A DNA stretch of 64,000 bases. Origin: Guillardia theta CCMP2712 (lineage: Eukaryota > Protista > Cryptophyta). The stretch covers positions 1-64,000 of the forward strand of contig NW_005434536.1 of the NCBI RefSeq assembly GCF_000315625.1, in the 5' to 3' direction. Both the position numbers and the translations under genes were made by a program. Each line of letters begins with the position of its first letter. The first letter of the stretch is position 1. This document shows, in pieces, positions 30,201 to 44,500 of this stretch. The notes under the pieces were generated by a model, which was not told where the DNA came from, made no database searches, and saw only the letters and a program-made list of their open reading frames with translations.

Positions 30201-33200
30201 GTGCAGGTGGCGTCCCTGCTGCAGCCGGCGGTGCCGAGCTCGCACTCGTCGATGTCGAGGCAGGAGCTGTTGGACGCGTCGAGGGTGAAACCGGGCTCGC
30301 ACTCGCAGCGGTAGGCTCCATCGAGGTCGATGCAGACAGAGTTTTCGAAGCAAGGGTCTCCCGCGCACTCATCGAGGTTGACGCAGAGGCCCGTGCTGGG
30401 GTCTTCGCCGTAGCCTTCAATGCAGCTGCACCCGAAGCTTCCAACCGTGTCGGTGCAGACGGAGCTGATCGGGCAGGGCGCTACTGCCGCGGCGCATTCG
30501 TTAAGGTTTACGCAGGCAGCTTCGGATAGGCTGTAGTAGTAGCCTTCTTTGCAAAAGCACATGAATGAACCCTGGGTGTTTTCGCAGAAGCTCACGTTCT
30601 TGTCGCAAGTGTCGGTCCCCTGCCTGCACTCGTCGACATCCTGGCACTGCCCGATGATGGGGTACCAGCCCGAGAGGCAGGTGCAGGTGTAAGACCCGAA
30701 AGTGTTGGTGCAGAAGGAATTGAGCGGACAGGGGCTTGCTAGAGTCGTGCACTCATCCATGTCTGTGCATTCCACTCCATTGGTAGAAGCTTCGAATCCC
30801 GTGATACATTCACAGGACTCTAGGGAGGCTGAAGCAATGGTTGGAGTGGAAGTGTACATGGGGCAAGCCGTGCAGGCGCCATTGCCGGTGGTGTCCTTGT
30901 AGAAGCTGACATTGCAGTGAGAGCAAGTGTCCCCCACCCTCGCATAGCCGACGTCGCAGAGGCAATCGGAGATGGCTACCGATCCCGCCAAGGAGAAGGA
31001 GTGGTCGGGGCAGACAAGGCATAAATCCGAGCGGTTAGCACCTAGGGAGGGCTGGAAGGTGTCTTTCGGGCAGATCTGGCAGGGGAGCATGGAGGTAATA
31101 GCCTTGAAAGATCCCATGGGGCACTCCTGGCAGTAGCTGGAAGACCCTGGCTCGAAGCCGGGCTTGCAGACGCAGGTGTCTTCGCTTGTGCTCCCTGCCG
31201 GACTGACGCTCCCGGCGGGGCACTCCTGGCAGTCGTCCATGGTGGTGGAAGCCAGGTATGGCTGGTATGTGTTGGGTGGGCAGAGGTCGCAGAGAGAGGG
31301 GCCGGGGAGGGTCTTGTACGACCCAGACGGGCAGGCCGCACACTCTCCGCCGTCCGCCCCGGTGTAGCCCGGCTGGCAGCGGCAGGTCCCGAGGGTGTCT
31401 TTCAGGCCTGACGACTGGGAGTTGTCAGGGCAGGGGGTGCAGGCCTCGTTGCCGATGGTCTCCTTGTAGGACTTGGAATCGCAGGGAGAGCAGTCCTCGT
31501 TCGCGTCCCTGGTCCTCCCCGCAATGCAGACACAGCTGGAAGCGCTGGCTTGTCCCTCCTGGTTCGTGGAGAAATCGGGACATAGCGTGCAGGCCCCCGA
31601 TCCGACTTGAGGCTTGAATTTCCCCGCCTCGCATGCCGTGCAATCGTACCCGCCCGGCCCAGTGTAGCCCGGCTCGCACTCGCATGCGGTGGGAGAGGTA
31701 GCGGCGGGCCGGTTCGAGCGCGAGTGCAGCGGGCAGAGCGGGCAGGTCGAGTAGGCGGCGACCTCGCACAGCCTCAGTCCGGAGTTCAGAGAGGGGGCGC
31801 TGACGGTGAAGAAGGTACCCACCAGCGAGCACGCGAATGTGATCGGTGCCCCACCCGCGAGAGAGACGTAGCTCCCGCAGAAGGGGCTGACAGTGAAGTC
31901 GGTGAAGTTGCCCACGTTGACGTCGATTCCAGTCAAGGAGCAGTCGGTGCAGCTCTGGAGTGTGACGAGGGAGAGCAACTGCGGGCTCTGGAACGAGACC
32001 TGCAGCCAGGGGATCATTTCCGTCCCGGTCTCGGCACAGGTGGCCGTGCTTCCGTCCATGGCGTTGCCTGCTGCATTCACCGTAGTGGAAAGTGCTGCAG
32101 ATGCCCATGATTGATTCAGGAGGTTCATAAGGCTGAATTCCCCGTGGTTGGGTTTGTAGCTGTTGGTAGGGCAAGGGGAGCAGGGCCCGCCGTCCGGGCC
32201 GGTGTACCCAGGGAGGCACTTGCAGGCTTCAGCCCCCACCCCCGCCTGGGTGAGGCTGGTGGAGTTTTCGGGGCAAGGCAGGCAGCTCCCGCCATCCTCG
32301 TACTCCCCGGCACGGCAGGCCACGCAGGTGGGGACGCCGTCGACCCGGGTGGATTCATTGAAACCCCTGTTGCAGGCACAATCCAGGGGGGAGTCCGACT
32401 GTTGGGGGGAGAAGGAGTCTGCTGGGCAGGACAGGCAAGCGCTGAACCCAGACCCGTTGGAGTACCTCCCCGCATCGCACTGCGCGCAAGGCCCGCCTCC
32501 CGGCCCGTAGAACCCGGCTTTGCAGAGGCAGAGGGACTGGGCGGCGCTCCCGGGCTGGCTGTCGGAGTCGTCTGGGCACGGCAGGCAAGCGTAGTCGCCA
32601 GTCAGGGATTTGTACTTCCCGGAAGGGCACGCCTCGCACTCCACCCCGTTCTGCCCGTAGTACCCAGGCATGCACGCGCAAGAGGAGAGTAACGGGGAGG
32701 CAGAGGGGCTGGTGGAGTTGGCAGGGCAGCGCTTGCAGGACACCTGCCCGTCGTCGTTGTAGAAGCCGGCCCGGCAGGCCGTGCATCCCACAATGCCGCT
32801 GCCCTCGTAGCCCGGGTTGCAGCGGCACTGCGTGACGTCGGCCGCTCCCTGGGGGCTGGTGGAGTCGTCCGGGCACGGCGTACAGGCCTGGTCCCCCGTG
32901 GAGTCCTTGTACTTGCCCGCATCGCACGCCACGCAGAGCCCGAGGAGGCTGGTGTAGCCGCGGTCGCAGACGCACATGTCAACGTTCGTAGAGGCAGGAG
33001 CAGAAATCGTCCGCTCAGGGCACCGGCTGCAGGGGTTCTGGCTTATGCTGGCCTTGTAGGTGTAGGGAGGGCAGGCCTTGCACACACCGTTGACATCCGG
33101 GCTGTAGCCGGGTTTGCAGCGGCAGGAGTTGGGAGTGGCGCTACCCGCGGTTAGGGTGGTCATGTTTTCTGGGCACTTACTGCAGATCTGGCCGGTGCCG

Positions 33201-36200
33201 TCAAGGAAGTAGCCCTGCGGGCAGTCCACGCAGTCTCCCAAGGAGGGGTCGTACAAGTAGCCCGGATCGCAGATGCAGACCTCCTCGGACGTCCCCCCTG
33301 TGATGATCGTCTTTGTGTTGATTGGGCAACCCGTACATGCCTCGTTCCCGACCGTAGCTTTGTAGGTATCGAGCGGGCAGTCGGAGCAGAAGCTCGGTGC
33401 GCGAAGATATGACCCGGCGTCGCAGATGCAGGCCTCGCTCGAGCCACTGCCGGGTGGTGACACGGAGTTTTCGAAGCAGGGGATGCATCCCAAGCTGCCC
33501 AGCCCCTCCTTGAACGTGTTGTTCCCGCATTGCTGGCACAGCACGCCCGTGGGCGAGGTGTACCCCGGCAGGCACTGGCACTGGAAGCGGGAAGTTGATC
33601 CGAGTTCTGACACCGAGTTGTTTGGGCAAGGGGTACAGGGTTGGGCTCCAGTCGCGTTCTTGTAGGTGGAGGCCGGGCAGGAGCTGCAGGAGGAGGCCTG
33701 GCCGGTGAATCCCTGCAGGCACTGGCAGAAGTCCTCGGAAGGACTCGCCGCGATGATCGTGTTAGAGTTTGGAGGACAGAGACTGCAATTATCTGTCGGT
33801 GTGAACGGGCGGAATTCTCCAAAGGGACAAGGAATACATTCCCCGGCGGACTCGCTGAAGCGGTAGCCAGCCGGACAGTAGCACTGAAATAAATTCAGGC
33901 CATGCTCGACGGTGATGCGCTCCCCGGTACACTTCTCACACTCAAGCGTGGCGTCGTTGTAGGTGAAGCCCACCTCGCACTGGGTGCAGATGTCCCCGAA
34001 GCGGGCAAACCGGTCGTTGCAGATGCATTCCTGTATGGTGGCCGAGCCCGCTGGGGAGGTAGAGTACTGCGGGCAGGGGTTGCAGCCTGTCTCTCCGGTG
34101 GTGTTCTTGTACGTGTCTGTCGGACACTTTTCACAGGCGCTTCCTTCATTCGAGCGGTGAAAGCCCGGGAGGCAGGTGCAGGACTCTGAAGAAATGGAAC
34201 CGTAGTTCAGGGTGGTGGTGTTTTCAGGGCAGATCTCACAAGCGTCGTCCCCCACCCAATTCTTGAACGCCCCCGGATTGCAGGGCGCGCAGCCTTCCTG
34301 AATTGGGTAGAAGCCCTCCGCGCAGACGCAGGATTCTATCGAGTCGCTTGCTGGCGGGGAGTACTGCCCCGTCCCACACGGCTGGCACGTCAGGTATGTG
34401 ATCTTGTAGGAAGAGGAATTGCAGGGTACACACGGCCCGCCCCTCTCCCCGACGTACCCATCCACGCACTGGCAGGCGGTGACAAACTGTGACGCGACGG
34501 CGACGGTGGTGGAGTTAGCGGGGCAGTGGGTGCAGGGCTGACTGAGGCTGTTGTCCTTGTAGGTCCCGATTGGGCAGGGCTCGCAACCGCTCTCCGTGGG
34601 TTGAAACGCGGGCTGGCAGGTACATTGTAGGGCAGACACGGAGGCGATCGGGGAGGTCGACCCTCCCGGGCAGCCCGTGCAGTCCCCGCTCCCTGTCGTG
34701 GGTTTGAATTTTCCCTCTTGGCACGCCGCGCACTCCGATCCGGCCATCCCAGTGTAGCCAGCTTCACAGATGCAGTCTAGGATGGATCCACTAGCGGATG
34801 GAGAGATGGTGTTTTTGGGGCAATCGCGGCAGCTTCCAGGGTTTGACATGAACTTGTACGTACCCGGATCGCAGGCCACGCACGCCTCCCCGTCCCTCCC
34901 GATGTAGCCAGCGTTGCAGGCGCAGGAGGTTATACCCACACTCGCCTCCAAGGAATTGGAATAGTCGGGGCACTGTTGGCATATCCACGATTCCCAGTAC
35001 GTCCCGGCGGCGCAGGGCTCGCACTTCCCAGATTGAAGGAAGTACCCCGGGATGCAGTAGCATTCGTCGATAGAATTGGCGGCAAAGTCAGAGGTCATGA
35101 AAGCGGGACACGACCCACAGTGGGTCTCGTTCACGCGGTACGTACCCAGGTTGCAGCCCACACAGGCGTGCCCGGGATCACCAATGAAGCCGGGGAGGCA
35201 GGAGCATTCGTAGACAGAGTCGCTCCCTGCCAATGAAGTCCTGTTCCCAGGGCAGGGAGTGCAGCTGATGTCACCCGGGTTGGCGAGGAAAGTGTCAGGG
35301 TCACAGAGGACACAGGTCGAGACGTAGCCCTGCTCGACGAAGCCGGTCTTGTACCCCGGAGGACAGAAGCAGGCGGTGACGGAGTTGCTCTCCGACGGGC
35401 TGATCGCGCCCTGCGGGCACGGGAGGCAGACCGCACTCTCAACGGTCGACATCATGTCCGGGTTGTAGTACTCCAGGTTACCCCTGGCCCTCCCCAGCCA
35501 TGCCGTGGTCGGCTCCCCTGTGGTGACGCTGGCTGGAGCGTCGATGAAGGCGCCGGAATTCGTACCCGCCCATTCATAGCCGGTCAGATCACCACCATTT
35601 GCAGCGAAGCCCCTCCCCATGAAGCGCCCGTCGATCCATACCGTTACACTCCCGGGGACGACGGTGATCCTGACGTAGACCTGGTGGTACTGCCCGTCTG
35701 TCGGTGCCTGGAAGTCCGTGTAGGCCATGCCAGTGTAGACCTCCCCGGGTGTGATGGCGGACCCACCGTCCCCAGTCCTCGCCCGCATGGTCCCGGTGCT
35801 ATCGATCAGTCCGACCCAGGTGCCCCTGTCCGACCCTCCAAACTCGAACAGGCAGCCTGGGGAGGGACTGGAGGGGAAGACGATGTCGCAGAAGAATATC
35901 GCATCGACCGTGCGGACAGTCCCCGTCGGCGCGGCGATAGAGTTGGAAGGTGACCATCCTATAGAGGCGGCGAGCAACTCGATGGGCTGCCTGGCAAACG
36001 ACTGCTTGTACGTGCCCTCTGCACAGGGCTGGCACAATTCCCCGTTCCTCCCGGCCTGGCCCGCGGGGCACACGCACTGGATGGCCATCGACGAACCCTT
36101 CATCGAGGTGACGAATCCGGCAGGACAGTCCACGCACGCGGGCTGGGACAGGCTATCCCGGTACGTATCAAACGGACACTCCGAGCAGCTTCCATTGATG

Positions 36201-39200
36201 AACTGGTACCCTGGTGTGCACACGCAGTCGGAGGCCGAGGTGGAGCCGCGGGAGACCGTAGTCAGCATGAGCGGGCAGGGGGAGCACAGCACCGAGCCGT
36301 TGGTTTCCTTGTAGGATCCAAAGTCACACTCGGTGCAGACCGCCCCGTTCCCTCCCGTCCATCCAATGGGGCAGAAGCACTTGGCAAGGCGGGTGGAGCC
36401 TGGGAGGCTGGTTGAGCCTTCGGGGCAAGCCTGACATGAAGTGCTCCCGTTGAAAGGGTTGTACTTGCCGGCAGGGCACTGCAGACACTCACCAGCGGAA
36501 AAGTAATAGCCCTGGTAGCACTTGCAGTCCGTCCTGCTCTTGCTCCCCAGGATGCTCCACGAGTAGGGCGGGCACCTCTCACAGACCTTCGCCCCGTTCT
36601 TGTCGTTGTAAGTACCGGTCGGGCATTGATAACAATAATCCACGGAAATCGTATAAAAACCCGGGAGGCAGTAGCACGAGCTCTTGTTGACGTTGCCCTC
36701 CAAACTCCAGCTGAAGGGCGGGCAGAGCGTGCAAGCGCCGTTCCCCGTGCTCTCCTTCCAGCGGCCCTCCGGGCAGGGCTGGCACGTCCCGTCGGGCTCG
36801 CGGGTGTAGCCCGGTCCGCACATGCAGTTCAGAATCGTCGTGCTCGCCATGGGGCCTTGCAAACCCAGGCTCGGGCACTGCGTGCAGGGAAGATTCCCGA
36901 TCGTGTCCTTGTAGTACCCCGGAGTACAGGCACGACAACCATACGGCCCGATGCCGCCATACCCTGCGATGCAGACGCAGTCGTACATGGAGCGCTCGGA
37001 TGAGCCTGTCGTGGTGTTCAGAGGGCACTGTGTACAGGCAGCAACGTTGCCCGGGGAGAAGAAACCCGGGGCGCAGTCAATACAAGAAGAGGAGGCATCG
37101 GAGGGAGAGAACTGCCCCGGTGGGCATTCAGTACAGTCACTTGGTCCCGTGAATGGCTTGAAGGTCCCGGCGGGGCAGGCCGTGCAGCTTCCAATGTTGG
37201 TACCGGAGTATCCCCTATCACAGATGCATGCCGTCCCATCGCTGCTGATCACCCCGTTGACGCAGAGTGTACATGGGAAATTCCCAGCCTGGGCCTTGTA
37301 GTGCCCTTCCTGGCAAGGAAAACAGTTCCCCTCCGTGTCCGGCTCGAAGGCCGGGAGGCACACACAGTCGAAGGGGGAGTCGGAACCGGTCTGCAGGGTT
37401 GTCTTCGTGACCAGGCATTCCCTGCACTGGCTCGCCCCGGCCACGGCCTTGAACGTCCCCAGCGGGCACGGCCTGCACACAGCGCCCAGCACCGCGTCGA
37501 TCTCCTGGCCGGTGCCCGGAGCACAAAGGCAATCATCAGAAGAAGACGCGGCGACTACCTCCGTGATGAAACTATCAGGACACAGCTCACACGCCGTCTG
37601 GCCTGCATTGGACTGGTAGGTCCCGGAAGGGCAATCCTTGCACTCCCCACCCGCCGACAGCCCGAAGTACCCGGCATTGCAAGAGCACGCAGAAAGGGAG
37701 ATGCTCCCTGCGGGAGAGGTGGAGTGAGCCGGGCACTTCAAGCAGTCACTGTACAGCGCCGTGGTTGTCGTCTTGTAGGTATTCACCGGGCAGTTGACAC
37801 AGCTGTTTTGCAAGGCGTAGGTGCCCGCCGCGCAAATCGAGAGGTAGCAGTTTCCCTGTGTATGCACATACCCTGCATTGCAATTGCACTGCCGCTGGTC
37901 CACCACTCCTTCTCCCAGCGTGCTGGAGGTCGGGCAGGGTCTACAGATCGACTCGATGTTGAAATCCACGCTGATGTCACTATAGTCTATCTTAAAGATG
38001 TTCACTTGGATACACCTAATCCCATTGCTCTTCAGGAAGTAGAATCCAGAGATGTCCACCCCTGTGAAGGAGAAAGCATCGTAGGCCACCATCCCCGTAC
38101 AGTCAGCGGCAGTGGAGTAGTTCATCTCAAAGCGGTTCGCACTGCCGTAGCTCAGGAGGAGGTTCTCCACCGAGATCAGTGAGTCCGTCAGAGAACCGCG
38201 GATAGTGACGGTACAGTGCCGTCCGAAATCATTTACGCTGGACAGCACAGTGAATTGCATAGTGGGGGATGATATCACCCCCCGCGAACAAAAGCCGTCA
38301 AAAGTCACCATGTTGTACACGATGCTGTTGTATCCCGAGAAGGTATTGGCAGGACAAACGCAGCCTGCAATGCCTTGAGCCCCAGTGAAGCCGGGAGGGC
38401 AGGCACTGCAGGTCAGACCATCGAAAGAGAACGTGCCATTTGGGCAGGAGATGCATGATCCATCATTTTCCTTCATACCATACAGGCAGAAGCATTCTGA
38501 TAGGGAGCTTGCGTATGCAGTTGACCACATGTTAGGATCGGGACAAGCCGTGCATGATAATGAATCAGAGGAAATTTCAAGTGGCTTGAGAGAGTCACCC
38601 GTCTTCAGATGCAGGAGGAGTGTATACATGACAGTGTCCATCTCATCGCTCGACAAACCCTGGTCCCATATGTACATCTCACTGAATGCAAAGTTACCTC
38701 TGTAATTTTTTTCAATGTTGATCCCCATGTACGTACCCCCATAACCTCCGTTCTCAGTTCCGATATTGTCAATTTGCAATGGATCGGAGAGCATCGCAGT
38801 CTTGATATTGTAGGGTTTAGACACCCCTCCGTTTGTGCCACATATCACCATCCAGTCGTCTTGTAAGGGACTGGCGTACTGGCCTGATATTGATGTCATC
38901 CACTTTATGTAATGTGCGACACCCACCTTTCCGTTATTCCATCCATGAAACCAATAGAAATCCGTTCTGGAATACTTTCGTATCCCAAAAAAGATATAAT
39001 TTCTTGGGTTACTAGTATACCTCGCAACAGAACATACTGTAAACGTTTCAGGTACGCTGCCGGGTGGAAAGGTGACCGTTGTTTGGTATGTACCCATCAC
39101 ATACCATATGTCCCCCAAAGCCCCGTTACCATTTCCCTTATCATGAGTGATCGTTCCACCTGTGAAGTTGGCATCGGGTTGTTGATTAAGAGAATCAGAG

Positions 39201-41466
39201 ATGGTTCCATTACTGTAGTCTTCTGCATGGTATATAGCCCATGGCCGTTTGTTTTTTAAAAGATTGTTAAAATTCTTGTAGGTCTGTACGCTGTAGTAAG
39301 AATTCCATGGATTATAAGTATATTCCCCTAATGCACACGGTGTGCAGACAGAAGCATCCGAGGTGATTTCACCGGTGAACCCGGCCTTGCAGTAGCAGTC
39401 AGTCACGGAGGTGCTTCCTAACAGGCTGGTAGCGTTTCCAGGGCAGCTGTAGCACGATGGATACAACCCAAGTAGCTGTGCACGATACGTTCCTGCAGGG
39501 CAGGTGATACACTTGAAGTTGTTGCAACCTTCACACTCGAATTGGTACTTGATCACCTGGTTGGAAGCGCAGCTGTCACATTCCGGCCTGTAGGTTACAC
39601 AGTTTTCACACGGAGCTGATCCAATGGTTATCTTGAAGGTGCCGGTAGGGCACACTGTGCAAGCCTGGCTCCCGTCCACCCCCGTGTACCCCACATTGCA
39701 CACACACCCCAGTGAGGAACTAGTACCCCGGTTCCGCGTGGTACTCTCTCCCGTGCAGGCCACACAGTCACTCCCGGTGGTAGACCCGGTCGAAGTCAGG
39801 TACTTCCCAAAATCGCAGGCTGTGCAGACGGCGTCGTTGGAAATGGTATCTTTGTAATGACCCGCTGGGCAAGACATGCACACGCCCTCCTGCGGCGCGT
39901 AGAAACCAGGCTGGCAGAGGCAGTCCCGTAATTTGGACGCACCCGTTATTACAGTCTGCGAGTGGGACCCGCACTGAATGCATGATGTCTGCATGCTCTT
40001 ATCCTGGTAGGTATTTGCAGGACAGACGGCGCAAGATTTTCCTACTATTCGTGTACCCGGCACGCAGAAGGTGTAGCAGTCTTCGTTTGAAGTCGACCCC
40101 GTGTTATCTGTGCTCTTTCCGCTCTCACAGGTGGTGCACGCCGTCTGCGCGGGCGAGCTGGCGTAGGATCCTACAGGGCAGTCCTGGCATGTGAGGGAGG
40201 AGGTGCCGAACTGGCCTGCAGGGCAGGGGTAACAGCTGTCTCCAATGGGATAGTACCCTTGATTGCAGACACATATGTATGACATTCCCGACGCTTGCAG
40301 CAAGCTGTTCTCTTGGCAAGGGATACATTGTGATGAAGAGGTCGACCCTATTGCTCGGGTATAGGATTGAGAGGGGCACGGTGTGCATTTCGATTCGTGG
40401 CTTAGGGAGGTCTTGTAGGTCGCAGCAGGACAGGCAATACATGTGTCTTTAAGTTCGATAACCCCCACCGAAAAGTATGTGTTCCGGTAATACCCGGGGA
40501 TGCACATGCATGATTGTTGCGAAGTACTCCCCGTATCGGAGGTTGACTTGTAAGAATCACATTTGGTGCACTTCTGGTTGGACATTTCACCTTTGTACCA
40601 CCCCACTGGCAGGCCGTACAGCTGCCACTCACCAGCTCATACCCAGCCACGCACATGCAAGAAGACACACCCAGTCGGCTCCCCGACACTGTTCCCGTGT
40701 TGTCCGGGCAGTTCGTGCAAGTTCCCGATGAAAATTTGGAACACCCGCTGAGGTACTGTTTATCACTGCAAGAATCTGCATAAGTGCTACAGCTTATGCA
40801 TGTCCCCGCGGTGCCACCCCCACAGCCCACCAACACGTGGTCCGCGGGACAATTCACCGAGGCGCAGCTCTTGCAGGGGGACTGGATCGAGTCGGTGCAC
40901 TGCTCGTAGTAGAAACCCGAGGAGCAGGAGCACGGAAGGCATGTTCCACTTGAAAGGCCACCACAGCCACTCTTGTAAAATCCAGAAGGGCAGTCATTGC
41001 AACTCAAACAGCCTACATACTGCCGCGTAAAGTACTTGTTGATTACGTGCACCATACTATTGAACCATTGAAAGGCACCGCAGCTCGGGGTGAAGCACTG
41101 GGTGTCTCTTGTACCCGTGCAACTGTCTAGGACCGCAAGCTGGCCCCCGCCGCATCCGCTGCATAATCGGCAAAAACTCAAACTCTGGTAGTTTGGTTCG
41201 TAGGTGTATCCACGGTTGCATGCACACCCCACCCGGATGACGCTCTTGTACTTGGGAGAGCACCAGATTATAAAACAACTCTCTCCATCCGGAACACTTG
41301 TATATCCCCATTCATAGATGTATGCATTGTATGCACAGATAGCAATGGAATTAGCCTTGATCAAGTCCACCCAGTCCTTTTCAAAAATTCGAAAAAAATC
41401 GGATCCATGGACTATGCATACACAACAGAAAAAAAAAACATAGAGCGCACACACCCTGCTCTTCAT
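24251..41466 (-). CDS. Giant secreted Cys-rich repeat protein (~5,738 aa once one frameshift near 40601-40604 is repaired)
   Basis: ORF 40402..41466 carries the signal peptide and ORF 24251..40606 continues it. Many ephrin-receptor-like/GCC2-GCC3 repeats (CxxCPxGxY...CxCxxG). LamG-like domains at ~38580-39270 and ~35450-35990, an F5/8-fucolectin-like domain at ~31750-32130, five Ca-binding EGF repeats at ~30140-30770, and a unique C-terminal ~530 aa. Confidence 0.85.
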
Positions 41467-41544
41467 CCCCTTTCACAGCCGCGGCGAGTGGGTTTCAGGC
41501 TTATATGCAGGCGGGTAGCTCGGGGCTATTTTATTTAATTCCAA

Positions 41545-44500
41545 TCAAAAGGAGCTTGCGGTGCACTGGGAGACGGAGGTGGAGCCTGCGGGGGAGAAGG
41601 GGAACGGGGCGGGGCAGGCAACAACCCGGATGGCGTTCTGGCAAACCACACACCCCCCGGGCACTGGCACGTACCCCTCCAGGCAGCCGCACCCGGTGAC
41701 GCTCTCGGTACCCACAGGACAAGGGGTGCATTCGTCCGTGCCTACCCGGTAGTACCCAGATGGGCACACGACGAAGCTCTGAAGGTACCCGAGGCGGCAG
41801 GTGCAGTTGTCGGAAGAGACCGACCCTTCCGATGAGAAGGAGTTGTTTGCGCAGGGTAAGATGCTGTCACCGCCCGCACAGAAGTGGTTGGGTGGGCATA
41901 TCAGACAGACCCCGTTGCGGTTGTAGTATCCCGGGATGCAGACGCAGGCGGAGGCGTTGGTGGATAGCGTGGGAGAGGAGGACCCGAACTGACAAGGGAA
42001 CGCGTGGATGCCACCGGGGCAGTAGGAGCCGGCGGGGCAGTCATCGCAAGACGCGTCGCCGCTGCCGTAGTACCCTGGGTTGCAGACGCAGTCCCTGGCA
42101 CTGGACCTTCCCGTAAGGCCTAGCGTGGTCGTGTGATTCATGCAGCGGATGCAGGGCCCCAGTGAGGCTGTCTCTGGTAAGTAAGTATTGATGGGACAAA
42201 TGTTGCAGGGCTTGCCAGGCGCGGAGCTATCGGGGCGGAAGCTCCCTGGTGCGCAGGCCCTGCATTCCGTCTTGGAGACTCTCGCATAACCAGGCTCGCA
42301 GTAGCACAGGAGGGAGCTGTTCGAGCGGGTCTGGAGAGTGTATGAATTGACAGGGCAGGGTGTGCAGGCCTCTGTCTGGTTTGGAACGTCTGTGTAGCTC
42401 CCGAGCGGGCAGTCCTCGCACATGCCGGAGGCGTTGTAGAAGGTCCCGTTCGGGCAGGGCACGCAGAAGCTTACCTCGGTGCTGTAGCTCCGGTAGAATC
42501 CTGCAATACAGGTGCAGGAAGTGCTGCCCGGGTCGCTTACCGAGAAATTGGCACATGGCTTGCAGGATTCGAGTGATGTGCTCCCGCGGTCGGCGTTGAA
42601 GGTGTTTGCCAGGCAGGCCGAGCAGGCCGCACTGGCGATGGAGGGCTTGTAGAAGCCAACCTGGCAGGGCTGGCACGCCCCGAAGCCGTCGGGCTCGAAG
42701 CCAGGCAGGCAGAGGCAGGAGTCAGGGTCTGGAGATCCGGATGTCAGAGTGGTAGACTGGGCACGGCACGACCGGCAGAGCTGCTGGCTGCTGGAGTTGA
42801 GAGCGGAGGAGTACGTTCCTTGAACACAGGGGATGCACTGCAGAGGCCCTGGGAGTGACTTGTAAGTCCCCGCCGGGCATGGAGAGCAGGCGATCCCGTC
42901 GGTTGAAGCGGTGAAACCAGGGAGGCAGGTGCAGAAGGAAACACTGGAAGAGCCTTCTGGGGAGAAAGTGTTGAGAGGACAGGGTTCACAGGACACGACG
43001 GAGCTTGCTATGGATATCGAAGTGAAGGTATCGGGTGGGCACTTCACACACTGACCTGGGACCGGGGAATACTGCCCTGCTCCGCATTCTAGGCAACTAT
43101 CCTGTACCCTCTGGAAGCCACCATTGCAGATGCAGTCGGAGATGACGGAACTACCTTTCGGGGAGACTGAATTGGGAGGGCAGGGGAAGCACTGGCTTGC
43201 ATTTGTCGCTCCAGTGATGGGGAGGTACTTGTCCTCTGGGCAGAAGACACACGCGTCATTGGAGATCAACCGCTTGTAACTTCCTGCTGCACATGCTTGG
43301 CATGATCCATTTGTAGGGGTATAACCAGGGAGGCAGTGACAGAGGGACCGGCTGGTCGCCCCCGACTCGACCCAGGACTGGGGAGGGCAGGCCGTGCAAG
43401 CGAGGGAGGCTGCGGCTTCGGAGTAGCTCCCAGCGGAGCAGGGCTCGCAGGCAAAGTTACCCAGCCCACTCTTGAAGGTCCCAGGGGGGCAGGGCGCACA
43501 CGACCCCGGCACGTCGGGGAAGTATCCCGGGTTGCAGAGGCAGCGGCTCCGACTGATAGTCGCCAGCGAGGATGAGCTGTTGCCGTGGCAAGGGGTGCAT
43601 GAAGTGGAAGCCAGCTGATCGGAGAAGGTATTCGTCCTGCAGGCCGTACACGGAGAACCAGAGCCTACAATGTCCGAATAGAACCCCAGGGAGCACGGAA
43701 GGCAGCGCGTCGGAGAGACTGCCACTTCCGCGGGTTGGAAGTAGCCGGCGGGGCAGGCCGTACAGAGACCCGGACCTGTGGTTGTTTTGTAGAACCCAAC
43801 TCCGCAAGGATCGCAGTTTGCACTCGTGTAACCCGGCAGGCAGTAGCACGAATCTACCGAATCCCCTCCAAACACGTCCGAGTCCCTCCCCACCGGGCAC
43901 AACGCACAGGCCTCGTTCCCGGCAGTGTCCTTGTACGTGCCCGGAGAGCAGGGGGAGCAGAGCCCGTTGGCGAGCCTGGAGTAGCCCTTGGGGCAGACGC
44001 ACCCCGCGATACCCGTCGTGCCCTCCGACAGCGTCGTGGTGGGGACGGGGCACGTGAGACAGGCCGTCTGGTTGGAGTAAGGGTTGTACTCGCCTGCAGG
44101 ACAGGGGGTGCAGAGGGAGACACCATCCCCGTAGCTCCCAGGGGGGCAGGCACAGTCCCAGCGATATACGGAGCCCTGGAAGGCCGTGCTCGCCCCCGCC
44201 GCACAGGCATCACAGGGCACATTCCCAGAGGTGTTCTTAAAGGTTCCTGTGATGCACTGGCTGCAGGAAGCACCCTGGAGGGTGTAGCCCTTTTCGCAGA
44301 TGCAACTGGAAAGCGAATTGCTACCGAGGAGTGAAGTGGACCCATCAGGGCATGCCCTGCACACGCCCGCGTCGAGGTACGAGCCCGCAGCGCAGACCTT
44401 GCAGGCCATGGCGGGGAGGAACGTCGGGTCGAGATACTCGTCGTAGTACACCGTGCCGTATCTTGCTGGAAATGACACGTACCCCCTTCCGGGTATTACA